64,000 bases of DNA from Candidatus Harrisonbacteria bacterium (GCA_023244855.1 JAHFLO010000002.1:8017-72016), one strand, 5' to 3'; shown: positions 8,086-17,264, numbered from the stretch's first letter. Notes: a model not told the origin generated them from the letters alone. A program made the numbers and translations.

Positions 8086-9462
8086 ATGGATTGCAACGAG
8101 CTTTGGCAGAAAGTACTCGGCGAAGTCGAATTGCAAATATCGCGACCTAATTTCATAACGTGGTTTAAGAATAGTTCTATTTTGGAGAAAAAAGACGGCA
8201 CGGTTACTGTCGGTCTGCCAAATAATTTCGCCCGCGAGTGGGTTGAAAACAAATATCACAACACGATCTTCGGTACACTCCGCACAATCGACAGCGGTAT
8301 ACGCAAAGTAGAATATATTCTTACAAAAGATTCCGCGAAACTCACTCATGGCGTAAAAAAAGCGGGTAGCGACCGCCCGTATACCGATTCTTCTTCGCAG
8401 CTCGCGTTCAACGAGCTGATTATCGACCCGAACACCAACCTTAACCCCCACCACACGCTTAACTCCTTCATCGTCGGGTCGTCCAATGAAATGGCGTATG
8501 CCGCGGCGATGGGAATCATTAAAGAAATAGGCACTAAATACAACCCACTCTTCATATACGGCGGTGTTGGTGTGGGTAAAACCCACTTAATGCAGGCTTT
8601 AGGTAACGAAGTGGTAAAGCTATACCATAATAAAGTCCGCGCACGGTACGTCACGTCCGAAAAATTCACGAACGACGTTATCTGGGCGATGAAGAATAAG
8701 CGCATGGACTCGATTAAAGAAAAGTACCGCGCAATCGACGTCCTCATCATCGACGATATTCAATTCATTGCCGGTAAGGCGCGCACCGAAGAAGAATTTT
8801 TCCATACGTTTAATGCGCTCTACGAAGAACGTAAACAGATTATTATATCCTCAGACCGCTCGCCGAAGTTTATCCCTATACTCGAAGAACGCCTGCGCTC
8901 GCGCTTCGAAGGGGGAATGATAGTAGATATCGGTTACCCTGATTTTGAGCTTAAGGCGGCCGTACTCCGCGCTAAGCTCGCGGAGAAAAAAGCTGAATTA
9001 TCCGACGAGGTGATCGCTGAGATTGTTAATAAGGTAAAGAAAGGTTTCCGCGAGCTCGAAGGAATATTAAACCGCATACTTTTTTATCAGCAGGTTAAAA
9101 ACCTCATTATAACGCCCAAGTTAGCCGAGCAGATTATCGCCGAAGTCATAAAGACCCCGCAGAAAAATATCCACCCCGACGTTATAATCCAAACCGTTTC
9201 CGATTTTTTTGAGGTACCGACGGCAGACATTATGAGCCATTCGCGCAAACAGCAGGTTGTAGAACCCCGCCAGATTGCTATTTACCTCTTACGCGATATC
9301 TTAGACCTTTCATACCCCTTTATTGGTGAAAAACTAGGTAAGCGCGACCACACAACCGTGCTCTACGCGTACGAGAAAATATCGCAGGAAATGACGCGCA
9401 ACCAGACGCTTAGTCAGAAAATACTTTCTATCAGGGAAATGCTGAATAAAGCATATGTATAA
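8086..9462 (+). CDS. dnaA: chromosomal replication initiator protein DnaA
   Basis: AAA+ Walker A GGVGVGKTHLMQALGNE, sensor motifs and C-terminal DNA-binding helix DHTTVLYAYEKI. N-terminus MDCNELWQKVL resembles DnaA domain I. The track ORF begins at 8077, which overlaps the predicted -10. Confidence 0.9.
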   Translation: MDCNELWQKVLGEVELQISRPNFITWFKNSSILEKKDGTVTVGLPNNFAREWVENKYHNTIFGTLRTIDSGIRKVEYILTKDSAKLTHGVKKAGSDRPYTDSSSQLAFNELIIDPNTNLNPHHTLNSFIVGSSNEMAYAAAMGIIKEIGTKYNPLFIYGGVGVGKTHLMQALGNEVVKLYHNKVRARYVTSEKFTNDVIWAMKNKRMDSIKEKYRAIDVLIIDDIQFIAGKARTEEEFFHTFNALYEERKQIIISSDRSPKFIPILEERLRSRFEGGMIVDIGYPDFELKAAVLRAKLAEKKAELSDEVIAEIVNKVKKGFRELEGILNRILFYQQVKNLIITPKLAEQIIAEVIKTPQKNIHPDVIIQTVSDFFEVPTADIMSHSRKQQVVEPRQIAIYLLRDILDLSYPFIGEKLGKRDHTTVLYAYEKISQEMTRNQTLSQKILSIREMLNKAYV

Positions 9463-9668
9463 CCTGTGGATAGTTTACGGATAACATGTTGCCAAACAAC
9501 CACATACTTCACATGATTACCATAACCTGTAAAAGTTATCCCTCGAGCAACCGCGAAATAATCCACAGGTAGACTATGCGAATAACGCCACTATATACAA
9601 GAGAAAAAGAAGTTATCCACCTATCCGCCTCGCTTACTACTACTACTAACTATATATAAAGAGAATAT
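9463..9668. promoter_or_regulatory. oriC candidate: DnaA-box cluster plus AT-rich unwinding element between dnaA and dnaN
   Basis: DnaA-box-like 9-mers tGTGGATAg (9465-9473), TAATCCACA (9559-9567), TTATCCACC (9613-9621) and weaker TTATCCCTC/CTATCCGCC. AT-rich tract tactactactaactatatataaagagaatat immediately before the dnaN start. Confidence 0.7.
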
Positions 9669-10781
9669 ATGAAACTAATACTCTTCCGTGACAACCTGAA
9701 AAACGGACTGTTGGCTGCCGAACGAGCGGTAGCTGACTCGTCTAATTTACCGATATTAAAGAACGTACTTGTGCGTACGGTAGGTACGAAGATCCAGCTT
9801 ACAACCACAAACCTCGAACTCGCTATAACAAAGCTTATATCGGGAAAGATTACGGAAGAGGGGGCATTATCCGTCCCGTTCGCTACTTTTTATAGCATCG
9901 TTAATAATACGGCGCACGACCGCATCAATCTTGAAAGCGAGGGGTCGAGCTTCGTCGTGAAAACGGATAATTACGAAGCGAAGATGCAGGGGATGGTAGC
10001 TGAGGATTTTCCGCTTATTCCACGCATGGCGGACGGAGGCGCATATATGGAGATTGACCCCGTCGTATTCCAAGACGCGCTGCAGCAGGTGATAAGCGCG
10101 GCGCATATATCAGATATTCGTCCGGAAATCAGTGGTGTGCTATTCGACTTCCAGATGACGGTGTTGAAGCTTGTTGCTACCGACAGTTTCCGCTTAGCGG
10201 AGAAGATTATCGACGGAAAAAAATTTAAACATACGTTCGATGCCGGATTTCGGGCTATAGTGCCGCTCCGTACCGCGCAGGAGCTCTTACGGGTTATATC
10301 GCGCACTACGCCTCTCCTCGTGCATTATGACAGCAACCAGATGCTCTTTAAATCCGACGACGTAGAGGTAATGTCGCGCCTTATCGATGGCACGTACCCT
10401 GATTACGAACAAATCATCCCGAAGGATGCGGAAACGGAGGTTTCGCTAGACCGCGCACACCTTATAAACGCCGTAAAATTAGTAAGTAATTTTAGCGGTA
10501 AAACGAACGACGTGCGCCTTTCAACGGATACAGAAGGGAAGACGGTTACTGTCCATTCGGTTAACCAATTCCTTGGCGAAAATAAATATCTCATCCCTGC
10601 GCGCGTTACGGGTACACAGATAGCGGATATTCCGTTTAACTGGCGGTATCTTTTAGATGGCTTAAAATCGATGCAGGGGGAGTCGGTTGTTTTAAAATTG
10701 AATGGTAGTAACCGCCCGGCGATGCTCCGCCCTGCGGACGATTCTTCGTTTCTTTATATCGTGATGCCGATTAGAGTCTGA
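9669..10781 (+). CDS. dnaN: DNA polymerase III beta sliding clamp
   Basis: 370-aa three-domain clamp-like sequence directly downstream of dnaA. Typical N-terminal MKLILFRDNLKNGL start. Confidence 0.9.
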   Translation: MKLILFRDNLKNGLLAAERAVADSSNLPILKNVLVRTVGTKIQLTTTNLELAITKLISGKITEEGALSVPFATFYSIVNNTAHDRINLESEGSSFVVKTDNYEAKMQGMVAEDFPLIPRMADGGAYMEIDPVVFQDALQQVISAAHISDIRPEISGVLFDFQMTVLKLVATDSFRLAEKIIDGKKFKHTFDAGFRAIVPLRTAQELLRVISRTTPLLVHYDSNQMLFKSDDVEVMSRLIDGTYPDYEQIIPKDAETEVSLDRAHLINAVKLVSNFSGKTNDVRLSTDTEGKTVTVHSVNQFLGENKYLIPARVTGTQIADIPFNWRYLLDGLKSMQGESVVLKLNGSNRPAMLRPADDSSFLYIVMPIRV

Positions 10782-10800
10782 TTAAATTTCTAGATCTTCG

Positions 10801-13182
10801 TTATCTTTTGAAGATTACTATTTCTTTCGATTCCAATATTCCCTGCGCGCCGAAGATTTTTATCGTGAACTTATTCTGGGCTTCGAGTGGTGTCACTACC
10901 GTTACCGAATAGTCGTAGCTCTTACTCGGGGGTACGGCATCTTTCCGTACGAGTACGTCGTTTAAGTATGTTTCGATTCCCATAATATCCGTCGCCGCGG
11001 TTAACCGCACGTTTACCGTAAACGGGGATTGCATAACGAAGTCACCGTTTTTGATATTTATGAGTTCGATTCCTGATGTGGATGAGGCGTTCATACCACC
11101 ACGGTTCATAAGAAAGTCAGGGTGCGCGTTAAGCCAACTGATTATACCTTCTTCCCAATTCTTAAATTGCGAGTCGGCTTGCGGGTTCTGTGGTGGAGGC
11201 CCTAACGGATCTTTCTTATTTACGTAGTAGAGAATAGTGTGCACTTCGTTGTTTACCATATATTCGCCATTCAATACTGGTTTATCGGTAATCGTCGCGT
11301 TCGGGCGGGGGAATGGCTCGAAGGGGGCGTTCTTTAAAGCTTCTTTCATGAAGGCGCTCCAGATAGGTACGGCTGCCAAGATACTGCCGCCGCTTTGCTG
11401 TAGGGGTTTATTGTCGTTATTACCGGCCCAGACGCCGACGACGAGGGATGGGGTATAGCCGAAGGTCCACGCGTCACGATAATCGTTCGTAGTACCGGTT
11501 TTCATCGCCACTTCATGATTAGGGAAGATGGTAAGGTTCATACTGCTTTGGAAAAGCGGTGAACGCGCGGCGGTATCTGAGAGTATGTCGTTCACCATAC
11601 GGACGTACCCACTGTTTATAACCTGCTCTTTCGCGTCCTTATACGACTCAAGCGTTTTACCGTTTTTGTCTTCCACGGAGAGTATAATTGCTTGTTCGTG
11701 TAATACGCCGTCTTGGCTTAAGACCGAATATGCCTTAATCATGTCGATAAGTTTCACTTCGCCTCCACCCAAAGCGAGAGTGAGGCCGTAACGATTACGT
11801 TCGTTTAAGGTTGATATACCCATAGCGCGCACGAGCGTGAGTACGTTGTCGATACCCGCGAGGTAGAGCGTTTTTACGGACGGGACGTTTACGGATTGTG
11901 CGAGCGCGTTCCGCATCGATACCGGCCCGCGGAACTGGTGGTCAAAGTTTTGCGGCTTGTAGCTCCGCTCGAGAGCGCCCGTCGTATCGAATTCCGTCTC
12001 CACGTCAAAGAGGACAGTATCGGGCGAAAACCCTTTCTTGAAAGCAGCGAGATACGCGAACGGTTTTATAGACGAGCCAGGTTGGCGGAGTCCTTGCGAG
12101 GCGACGTCGAAGTTACCATCTATCGCTTCGTCGAAATAACCGCGCGACCCTACAAGCGCGAGCACTTGGCCGGTTTCCGAGTCGGCTGCCACGAGCGCGG
12201 CGTTCGTTCCTTTATATAATTCAGTGTTGCGCTTCGCGCCATCCGCTACTGCCTTTTCCGCCACCTGTTGCAGTGTCCAGTCGAGCGTCGTCGTAACCTT
12301 GAGTCCGCCCGTGCGCATGAAGTCGTCGCCGTAAGCGTTCGCTAAATATTCTTGTACGAGCATTACGAAATGTGGAGCCTTGATATTAGTAAACTGGGGA
12401 AGGAATGTAATTTCTTCCTTAAGGGCTTTATTTTTTTGTTCCTCGGTTAAAAACCCCGCTTCCGCCATCTGGCGTATCGTGCGGTCTTTGCGCGCCATAA
12501 GGTCCGCTACGTGCGTTCCCCACGGGGAGTAGTAGCTTGGTGCCTTAGGAAGACTTGCAAGGAGGGCGGTTTCCGCCACCGTAAGTTCCATGGCGCTTTT
12601 ACCGAAATATGTTTTAGATGCCGCCTCAATACCATAGGCGTTCGCGCCGTAGGGGATCTGGTTAAGATAGAGGTTGAGAATTTCGTCTTTCGAATACCGT
12701 CTTTCGAGGTTGTACGCTATGACGAGTTCCTTAATCTTACGGGATATCGTGCGGTCGTCCGTAAGGAACGCTTTCTTCGCGAGCTGCTGGGTAATCGTCG
12801 AGCCTCCTTGCACGACGCCGACGTTCCGTATATTCGTGAGCATCGCTCGCGCGATACCCTTCCAATCGATGGCGGCATGGTTATAGAAATTACGATCCTC
12901 GACCGCGATCGTTGCTTTACGTACTATATCGGGAATCTGGTCGGGGGTAACGACCGTGCGGCGTTGTTCGCCGTAGAGTTCGTATAAAAGCACTTTGCCG
13001 GTGCGGTCGTAAATTTTCGTTGATTCGGCGATACGGTTCTGCGAAAGGAGCGTTACGTCGGGGACGGATCGTACAACAGCAATAGCGTAGAGAGCTCCCG
13101 CAAAAAAAGCAGCGACAGCTCCTATAAGAGCTGGCTTATATACCTTCTTTAAAAAAGGTTTGAATTTTATTTTCATATTCAT
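10801..13182 (-). CDS. class A penicillin-binding protein (transglycosylase/transpeptidase) with C-terminal extension
   Basis: GT51 motifs GGSTITQQLAKK and RKIKE. Transpeptidase motifs SSIKPF, SVN and KTGT. About 150-aa C-terminal extra domain. Confidence 0.85.
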   Translation of the reverse strand: MNMKIKFKPFLKKVYKPALIGAVAAFFAGALYAIAVVRSVPDVTLLSQNRIAESTKIYDRTGKVLLYELYGEQRRTVVTPDQIPDIVRKATIAVEDRNFYNHAAIDWKGIARAMLTNIRNVGVVQGGSTITQQLAKKAFLTDDRTISRKIKELVIAYNLERRYSKDEILNLYLNQIPYGANAYGIEAASKTYFGKSAMELTVAETALLASLPKAPSYYSPWGTHVADLMARKDRTIRQMAEAGFLTEEQKNKALKEEITFLPQFTNIKAPHFVMLVQEYLANAYGDDFMRTGGLKVTTTLDWTLQQVAEKAVADGAKRNTELYKGTNAALVAADSETGQVLALVGSRGYFDEAIDGNFDVASQGLRQPGSSIKPFAYLAAFKKGFSPDTVLFDVETEFDTTGALERSYKPQNFDHQFRGPVSMRNALAQSVNVPSVKTLYLAGIDNVLTLVRAMGISTLNERNRYGLTLALGGGEVKLIDMIKAYSVLSQDGVLHEQAIILSVEDKNGKTLESYKDAKEQVINSGYVRMVNDILSDTAARSPLFQSSMNLTIFPNHEVAMKTGTTNDYRDAWTFGYTPSLVVGVWAGNNDNKPLQQSGGSILAAVPIWSAFMKEALKNAPFEPFPRPNATITDKPVLNGEYMVNNEVHTILYYVNKKDPLGPPPQNPQADSQFKNWEEGIISWLNAHPDFLMNRGGMNASSTSGIELINIKNGDFVMQSPFTVNVRLTAATDIMGIETYLNDVLVRKDAVPPSKSYDYSVTVVTPLEAQNKFTIKIFGAQGILESKEIVIFKR

Positions 13183-13273
13183 ACATTTGCATTCACGAAC
13201 AAAACGTCCTGCATACCAGTATACCGCATGCAGGACGCTTCTTGATTGTTATAAGAGAGGGGCTTTTGAAGGG

Positions 13274-13519
13274 TTATATCTCTTCGTCGTCATCGTCGTC
13301 ATCGTCATCCTCGTCGATCTCATCGAGATCGTCGTCGGCGTCGAGTTCATCGTCGTTTTCCAAGTCATCCTCTAACTCATCAACATCGTCTAATCCATCC
13401 ATGATTACGAATCGATCTGCGGGAAGGATGGGGGTACTGATTTCGGTAATAAATTCCATAAAATAACACGCAATAACGACCTTTTGGGGGAAGTATATAC
13501 GAGACCGTCTATGTGTCAA
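13274..13519 (-). CDS. small highly acidic protein ending in a poly-Asp/Glu tail
   Basis: C-terminal half is almost entirely D/E (…DELEDDLENDDELDADDDLDEIDEDDDDDDDDEEI). Lies between ruvC and PBP1A on the same strand. An internal Met at aa 21 is also a possible start. Confidence 0.35.
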   Translation of the reverse strand: MTHRRSRIYFPQKVVIACYFMEFITEISTPILPADRFVIMDGLDDVDELEDDLENDDELDADDDLDEIDEDDDDDDDDEEI

Positions 13520-14010
13520 GAAGTTTTTGTAAGACGATGAGCGCCGGCAGTTGCTATGGCTATGGCGAGCGCGTCCGTCGCGTCATCGAGGATGCGGAGC
13601 GGGGGCACGTGAAGGATCATTGCAACCATGCGCGCCACCGCTTTTTTATCCGCACTACCGTAATTAGTCGTCGCGACTTTTACCTGCTGAGGAGTGAATT
13701 CGTAAACGGGCGCGCAGGCGCTCGACAGATGTAATAAAAGGCCGCGTGCTTGTGCCACTTCGATGCCTGTCTTTACGTTCTTGGAAAAGAATAATTTTTC
13801 GATGCCGATGGCATCAGGCTTTGACTCTACAAGAAGTTTTTTGAATTCCATTGCGAGTGCGTTTAATTTTCCCGCTGCCTCGCCTTTAGGGATTTCAACA
13901 ATCCCCGTTTTAATAAGGGAAAGAATAGATCCTTTTTTTTCGATCAAGCCAAAGCCGATGCGTGAACTGCCGGGGTCGATACCTAAAATACGGACAACCG
14001 GCTGATTCAT
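13516..14010 (-). CDS. ruvC: crossover junction endodeoxyribonuclease RuvC
   Basis: N-terminal ILGIDPGSSRIGFG catalytic motif and RuvC length (164 aa). Confidence 0.85.
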   Translation of the reverse strand: MNQPVVRILGIDPGSSRIGFGLIEKKGSILSLIKTGIVEIPKGEAAGKLNALAMEFKKLLVESKPDAIGIEKLFFSKNVKTGIEVAQARGLLLHLSSACAPVYEFTPQQVKVATTNYGSADKKAVARMVAMILHVPPLRILDDATDALAIAIATAGAHRLTKTS

Positions 14011-14013
14011 AAT

Positions 14014-14538
14014 TTACAATTCGGGATTCAAGACGTTCGTAAAAATGTTTTGTACGTCGTCGCGGTCTTCCAATAATTCCGTAAGTTTTTTCATAACGGC
14101 TGTATCCTCGGCGCTTATCTCGAGAGGGAATCTTGCTACTGTGCCGTCAAATGCCCACCGCACACTGCCTATTTCGCCGAGCTTGCCACCGTTCTTTTCG
14201 AGTACGTGTCGTACTTCGTTAACCGTTCGGGTAGTACTATCAGTGATTGTATTAATAAGGATTGCGATGCCATTCGGACCGTACGCTTCGAGCGTCATTT
14301 CTTCTAGTGCATCGGTATCCTGCGTTTTTTGTATCGCGCGTTCGATGTTTTCGTTCGGTACCGTGTTTGTTCGTGCTTCTTCTATAAGGCTCCGCAAGCG
14401 GGGATTAAAAGCGGGGTTTGGTTCGCCGCGCGCGGCTATCGTAATAGCCTTGAGGATTTTCGAAAAAACAACACTCTTTTTCTTATCGGTTGCGCCCTTC
14501 TGGTGTTTTATCTGGGACCACTTGTTATGTCCGGACAT
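14014..14538 (-). CDS. yebC: YebC/PmpR-family protein, apparently missing the middle domain
   Basis: MSGHNKWSQIKHQKGATDKKKSVVFSKI matches the YebC N-terminus. C-terminal DRDDVQNIF matches the YebC C-terminus. Only 174 aa, so the central domain seems absent. The track ORF's 103-aa upstream extension is regarded as spurious. Confidence 0.75.
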   Translation of the reverse strand: MSGHNKWSQIKHQKGATDKKKSVVFSKILKAITIAARGEPNPAFNPRLRSLIEEARTNTVPNENIERAIQKTQDTDALEEMTLEAYGPNGIAILINTITDSTTRTVNEVRHVLEKNGGKLGEIGSVRWAFDGTVARFPLEISAEDTAVMKKLTELLEDRDDVQNIFTNVLNPEL

Positions 14539-14626
14539 ATATACGGAGGGTACGGCATCCAAAGGTATAAAAAAAGCCCCTCGGTCTGGATTATCGAAGT
14601 TGGCAATGGTACCGTAATGCATATAT

Positions 14627-16030
14627 ATGTCCCTTATAGACGAACAGTTGGCGCGGCTTGCGCGCGAGCACGAAGAGCGGAGCGAGAAGCGTGAGACGGA
14701 GCGCCGTACAGCAGTAGCGCCGCAGGCGGAAGTCGCGGGTGTTATAAGTGTTTCGCCGGAACGTGAGCAGGAACTCGCGCCGAGCATGGCGACTTTCGCG
14801 GACGTGAAATCGGCTTTTGCGGCGTTCGATTTTGAAAACGGCTCCATCGCCTCGTTTATGGAATTACTTCTACTTTCTGGCGTACGCTTGCGCGCCTCGG
14901 ATATTCATATGGAGCCGCAGGAGGTTTCGGTACTTATGCGATTGCGCATTGACGGCATTATGAATGACGCGGGCGCGGTACCGATGCCGTATTACAAAAT
15001 GCTTTCGTCGCGTATCAAGCTCCTTTCCCGTATGAAGCTGAATGCGGACAAGCCGCAGGATGGGCGGTTCTCAGTGCGCACGGAAAGCGCGCAAATTGAA
15101 GTGCGCGTTTCTTCCGTCCCTGCGCAATACGGCGAAACACTTGTGATGCGTCTCTTAAACCCCGCAGCGCTCCAAACGGATATCGGCTCCTTGGGGTTGC
15201 GGCAAGACGACTTCGCTATCGTTATGCGCGAACTTTCCGTACCGAACGGCATGATTTTAAATACCGGCCCTACGGGATCAGGCAAGACGACGACACTCTA
15301 CTCGTTCCTTAAGAAGGTCGCGCAGCCGGGTAATAAGGTTGTTACTATCGAAGACCCTATAGAATACGCGGTCGCGGGCATCGAGCAGACGCAGGTGGAC
15401 GAGGATAAGGGGTATTCCTTCGCAACGGGGCTCCGCGCTATCGTACGGCAGGATCCGGATATTATCCTCGTGGGCGAAATTCGCGATGCGGAAACGGCCG
15501 GTATCGGTATGCAGGCCGCGCTTACGGGGCACCAAGTTTTTTCTACGGTACACGCGAACGACGCAGCGGGCGCCATACCGCGCCTTATGGATATGGGCGT
15601 GCAAAAAGAGACTATTGGCCCCGCGATCAATTTAATCATGGGTCAGCGTCTCGTGCGCCGTTTGTGCGACGCATGCAAAAAGCCCGCGCAGGTGGATGCG
15701 GAGCTCGTTTTGAAAATCAAACAGTATTTAGAAATGCTGCCCGCACGTGTTTCGCGCGAAGGGCTTTCTGCTGAAGGGTTATACGAGCCCGTGGGGTGTG
15801 CGGCATGCGACGGCGCGGGCTACCGCGGGCGCATCGCTATTTTTGAACTCTTTCCCGTAAATGCAGATGCCGAAAAAATAATAGCCGCGGGGGCGGGCGC
15901 GGGGGATTTATATGCCTTCGCTGTCGCACGCGGCATGGTTACGATGCAACAGGATGGCGTGTTAAAAGCCCTCCATGGTATAACGACGGTAGCTGAAATC
16001 GAAGCCGCGACGGGCCCGATTGCTTTCTAA
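14627..16030 (+). CDS. GspE/PilB-family type II/IV secretion or pilus assembly ATPase
   Basis: Walker A GPTGSGKTTTLYSF, VTIEDPIEY, ILVGEIRD and a C-terminal tetracysteine CDAC...CAACDG zinc motif. The true start may be an internal Met; the N-terminus is low complexity. Confidence 0.8.
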   Translation: MSLIDEQLARLAREHEERSEKRETERRTAVAPQAEVAGVISVSPEREQELAPSMATFADVKSAFAAFDFENGSIASFMELLLLSGVRLRASDIHMEPQEVSVLMRLRIDGIMNDAGAVPMPYYKMLSSRIKLLSRMKLNADKPQDGRFSVRTESAQIEVRVSSVPAQYGETLVMRLLNPAALQTDIGSLGLRQDDFAIVMRELSVPNGMILNTGPTGSGKTTTLYSFLKKVAQPGNKVVTIEDPIEYAVAGIEQTQVDEDKGYSFATGLRAIVRQDPDIILVGEIRDAETAGIGMQAALTGHQVFSTVHANDAAGAIPRLMDMGVQKETIGPAINLIMGQRLVRRLCDACKKPAQVDAELVLKIKQYLEMLPARVSREGLSAEGLYEPVGCAACDGAGYRGRIAIFELFPVNADAEKIIAAGAGAGDLYAFAVARGMVTMQQDGVLKALHGITTVAEIEAATGPIAF

Positions 16031-16047
16031 GAAGACTATAACGAAAA

Positions 16048-16217
16048 AATAGTGATCTGCGGGCGTTGTCTCGTTGAGCCGAGAACTATAGAAATCTTTT
16101 TCACGAGGGAAAAAGGTTAGAACGATTTCGAGGAGAGATCCAGCCGGAGCCAGACCATCCGTATACTAAAAATTGTTCTTTCCAGACTTGCGTCTGGGTC
16201 GCCCGCAGATCACTATT
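16048..16217. repeat. 170-nt intergenic element bounded by perfect 18-bp inverted repeats (aatagtgatctgcgggcg / cgcccgcagatcactatt)
   Basis: Exact 18-nt inverted repeat at 16048-16065 and 16200-16217. Internal small hairpins (ccagac-ttgc-gtctgg, tctcg-ttgagc-cgaga). Lies between the pilB-like gene and ruvB. Confidence 0.5.
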
Positions 16218-16259
16218 CTCACGATGTACAGCGGGTAGTATAGCATACCCAATTTCAAT

Positions 16260-17264
16260 TTGTCAAGCACCACCGTGGATAACCAAAAAGAACATCTTAC
16301 CGTTGACTCCGCACTCCGTCCCTCAGGATGGGGTGATTACGTCGGCCAAGACAAAATAAAGGAGAATTTACGCGTTATTTTAGCGGCTGCGAAAGCTCGC
16401 AACGAGGCATGTGATCACCTGCTTTTTTACGGGCAGGCGGGCTTGGGTAAAACCACGCTTGCACACCTTGTAACGAACGAACTCGGGTGTGGGTTAAAGG
16501 TAACCTCCGGCCCCGCGCTTGAAAAGATGGGGGACTTAGCGGCGGTGCTTAGTAATCTCGAAGAGCGGGATGTGTTATTTATCGACGAGGCGCACCGTAT
16601 TAATAAAAACATCGAAGAGGTTTTATATCCCGCCATGGAGAGCCGTAAGCTGAACCTAATAATCGGCAAGGGGCCGGGGGCGCGTACGGTTTCTCTCGAC
16701 TTACCCGCGTTTACAGTGATTGCGGCAACCACGCGCGTGCATTTAATATCTGGTCCTTTGCGATCGCGTTTCGGCGCTTCGTTTAAGCTCGACTATTATG
16801 ATAATCCGGCAATCGAGGCTATCGTGCGCCGCTCGGCGGGGATTTTGGAAATGAATTTGGATAATCCAGCAATTACGCGCGTTGCCCTCGCTTCGCGCTT
16901 TACCCCGCGCGCCGCAAACCGATTATTAAAGCGCGTCCGCGACTATGCTGAGGTACACGGCGCGAAAACGATTACGGACGATGTGGTAAAAAAGACGTTC
17001 GATATGTTGGATATCGATCCCTTAGGGCTCGAGCTACTCGACAGGCGCTACATGGAGCTAATTATTAAGAAATTTAACGGCGGTCCGGTTGGTATTAATT
17101 CCGTGGCCGCCGCGATGAACGATAACGCGGAAAATATCGAGGAAGTGGTTGAGCCGTTCCTTATTATGCTTGGGTTTTTACACCGCACGTCCGCCGGTCG
17201 CGTGGTAACACCCGAGGGTTACGCGCACTTAGGTGTGCCCGTGCCGCAAAGCAGGCTTATATAA
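16260..17264 (+). CDS. ruvB: Holliday junction branch migration ATPase RuvB
   Basis: Walker A GQAGLGKTTLAH, Walker B LFIDEAHR, RuvB length and C-terminal winged helix. Confidence 0.9.
   Translation: MSSTTVDNQKEHLTVDSALRPSGWGDYVGQDKIKENLRVILAAAKARNEACDHLLFYGQAGLGKTTLAHLVTNELGCGLKVTSGPALEKMGDLAAVLSNLEERDVLFIDEAHRINKNIEEVLYPAMESRKLNLIIGKGPGARTVSLDLPAFTVIAATTRVHLISGPLRSRFGASFKLDYYDNPAIEAIVRRSAGILEMNLDNPAITRVALASRFTPRAANRLLKRVRDYAEVHGAKTITDDVVKKTFDMLDIDPLGLELLDRRYMELIIKKFNGGPVGINSVAAAMNDNAENIEEVVEPFLIMLGFLHRTSAGRVVTPEGYAHLGVPVPQSRLI

Noticed and set aside
13242-13466. Plus-strand ORF encoding a poly-serine protein (…SSSSSSSSSSSS…)
   Set aside because: Mirror-strand reading of the GAT/GAC repeat tract. 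The acidic minus-strand ORF is the more plausible product, if either is coding.
14539-14847. 103-aa N-terminal extension of the yebC ORF in the track
   Set aside because: The YebC homology begins exactly at MSGHNKW. The extension is Ser/Ala/Arg-rich and overlaps the 5' end of the convergently annotated pilB-like gene region.
16100-16135. Possible LexA/Cheo-box (agaacgatttcg) upstream of ruvB
   Set aside because: It does not fit GAAC-N4-GTTC, and no lexA gene is visible in the window.
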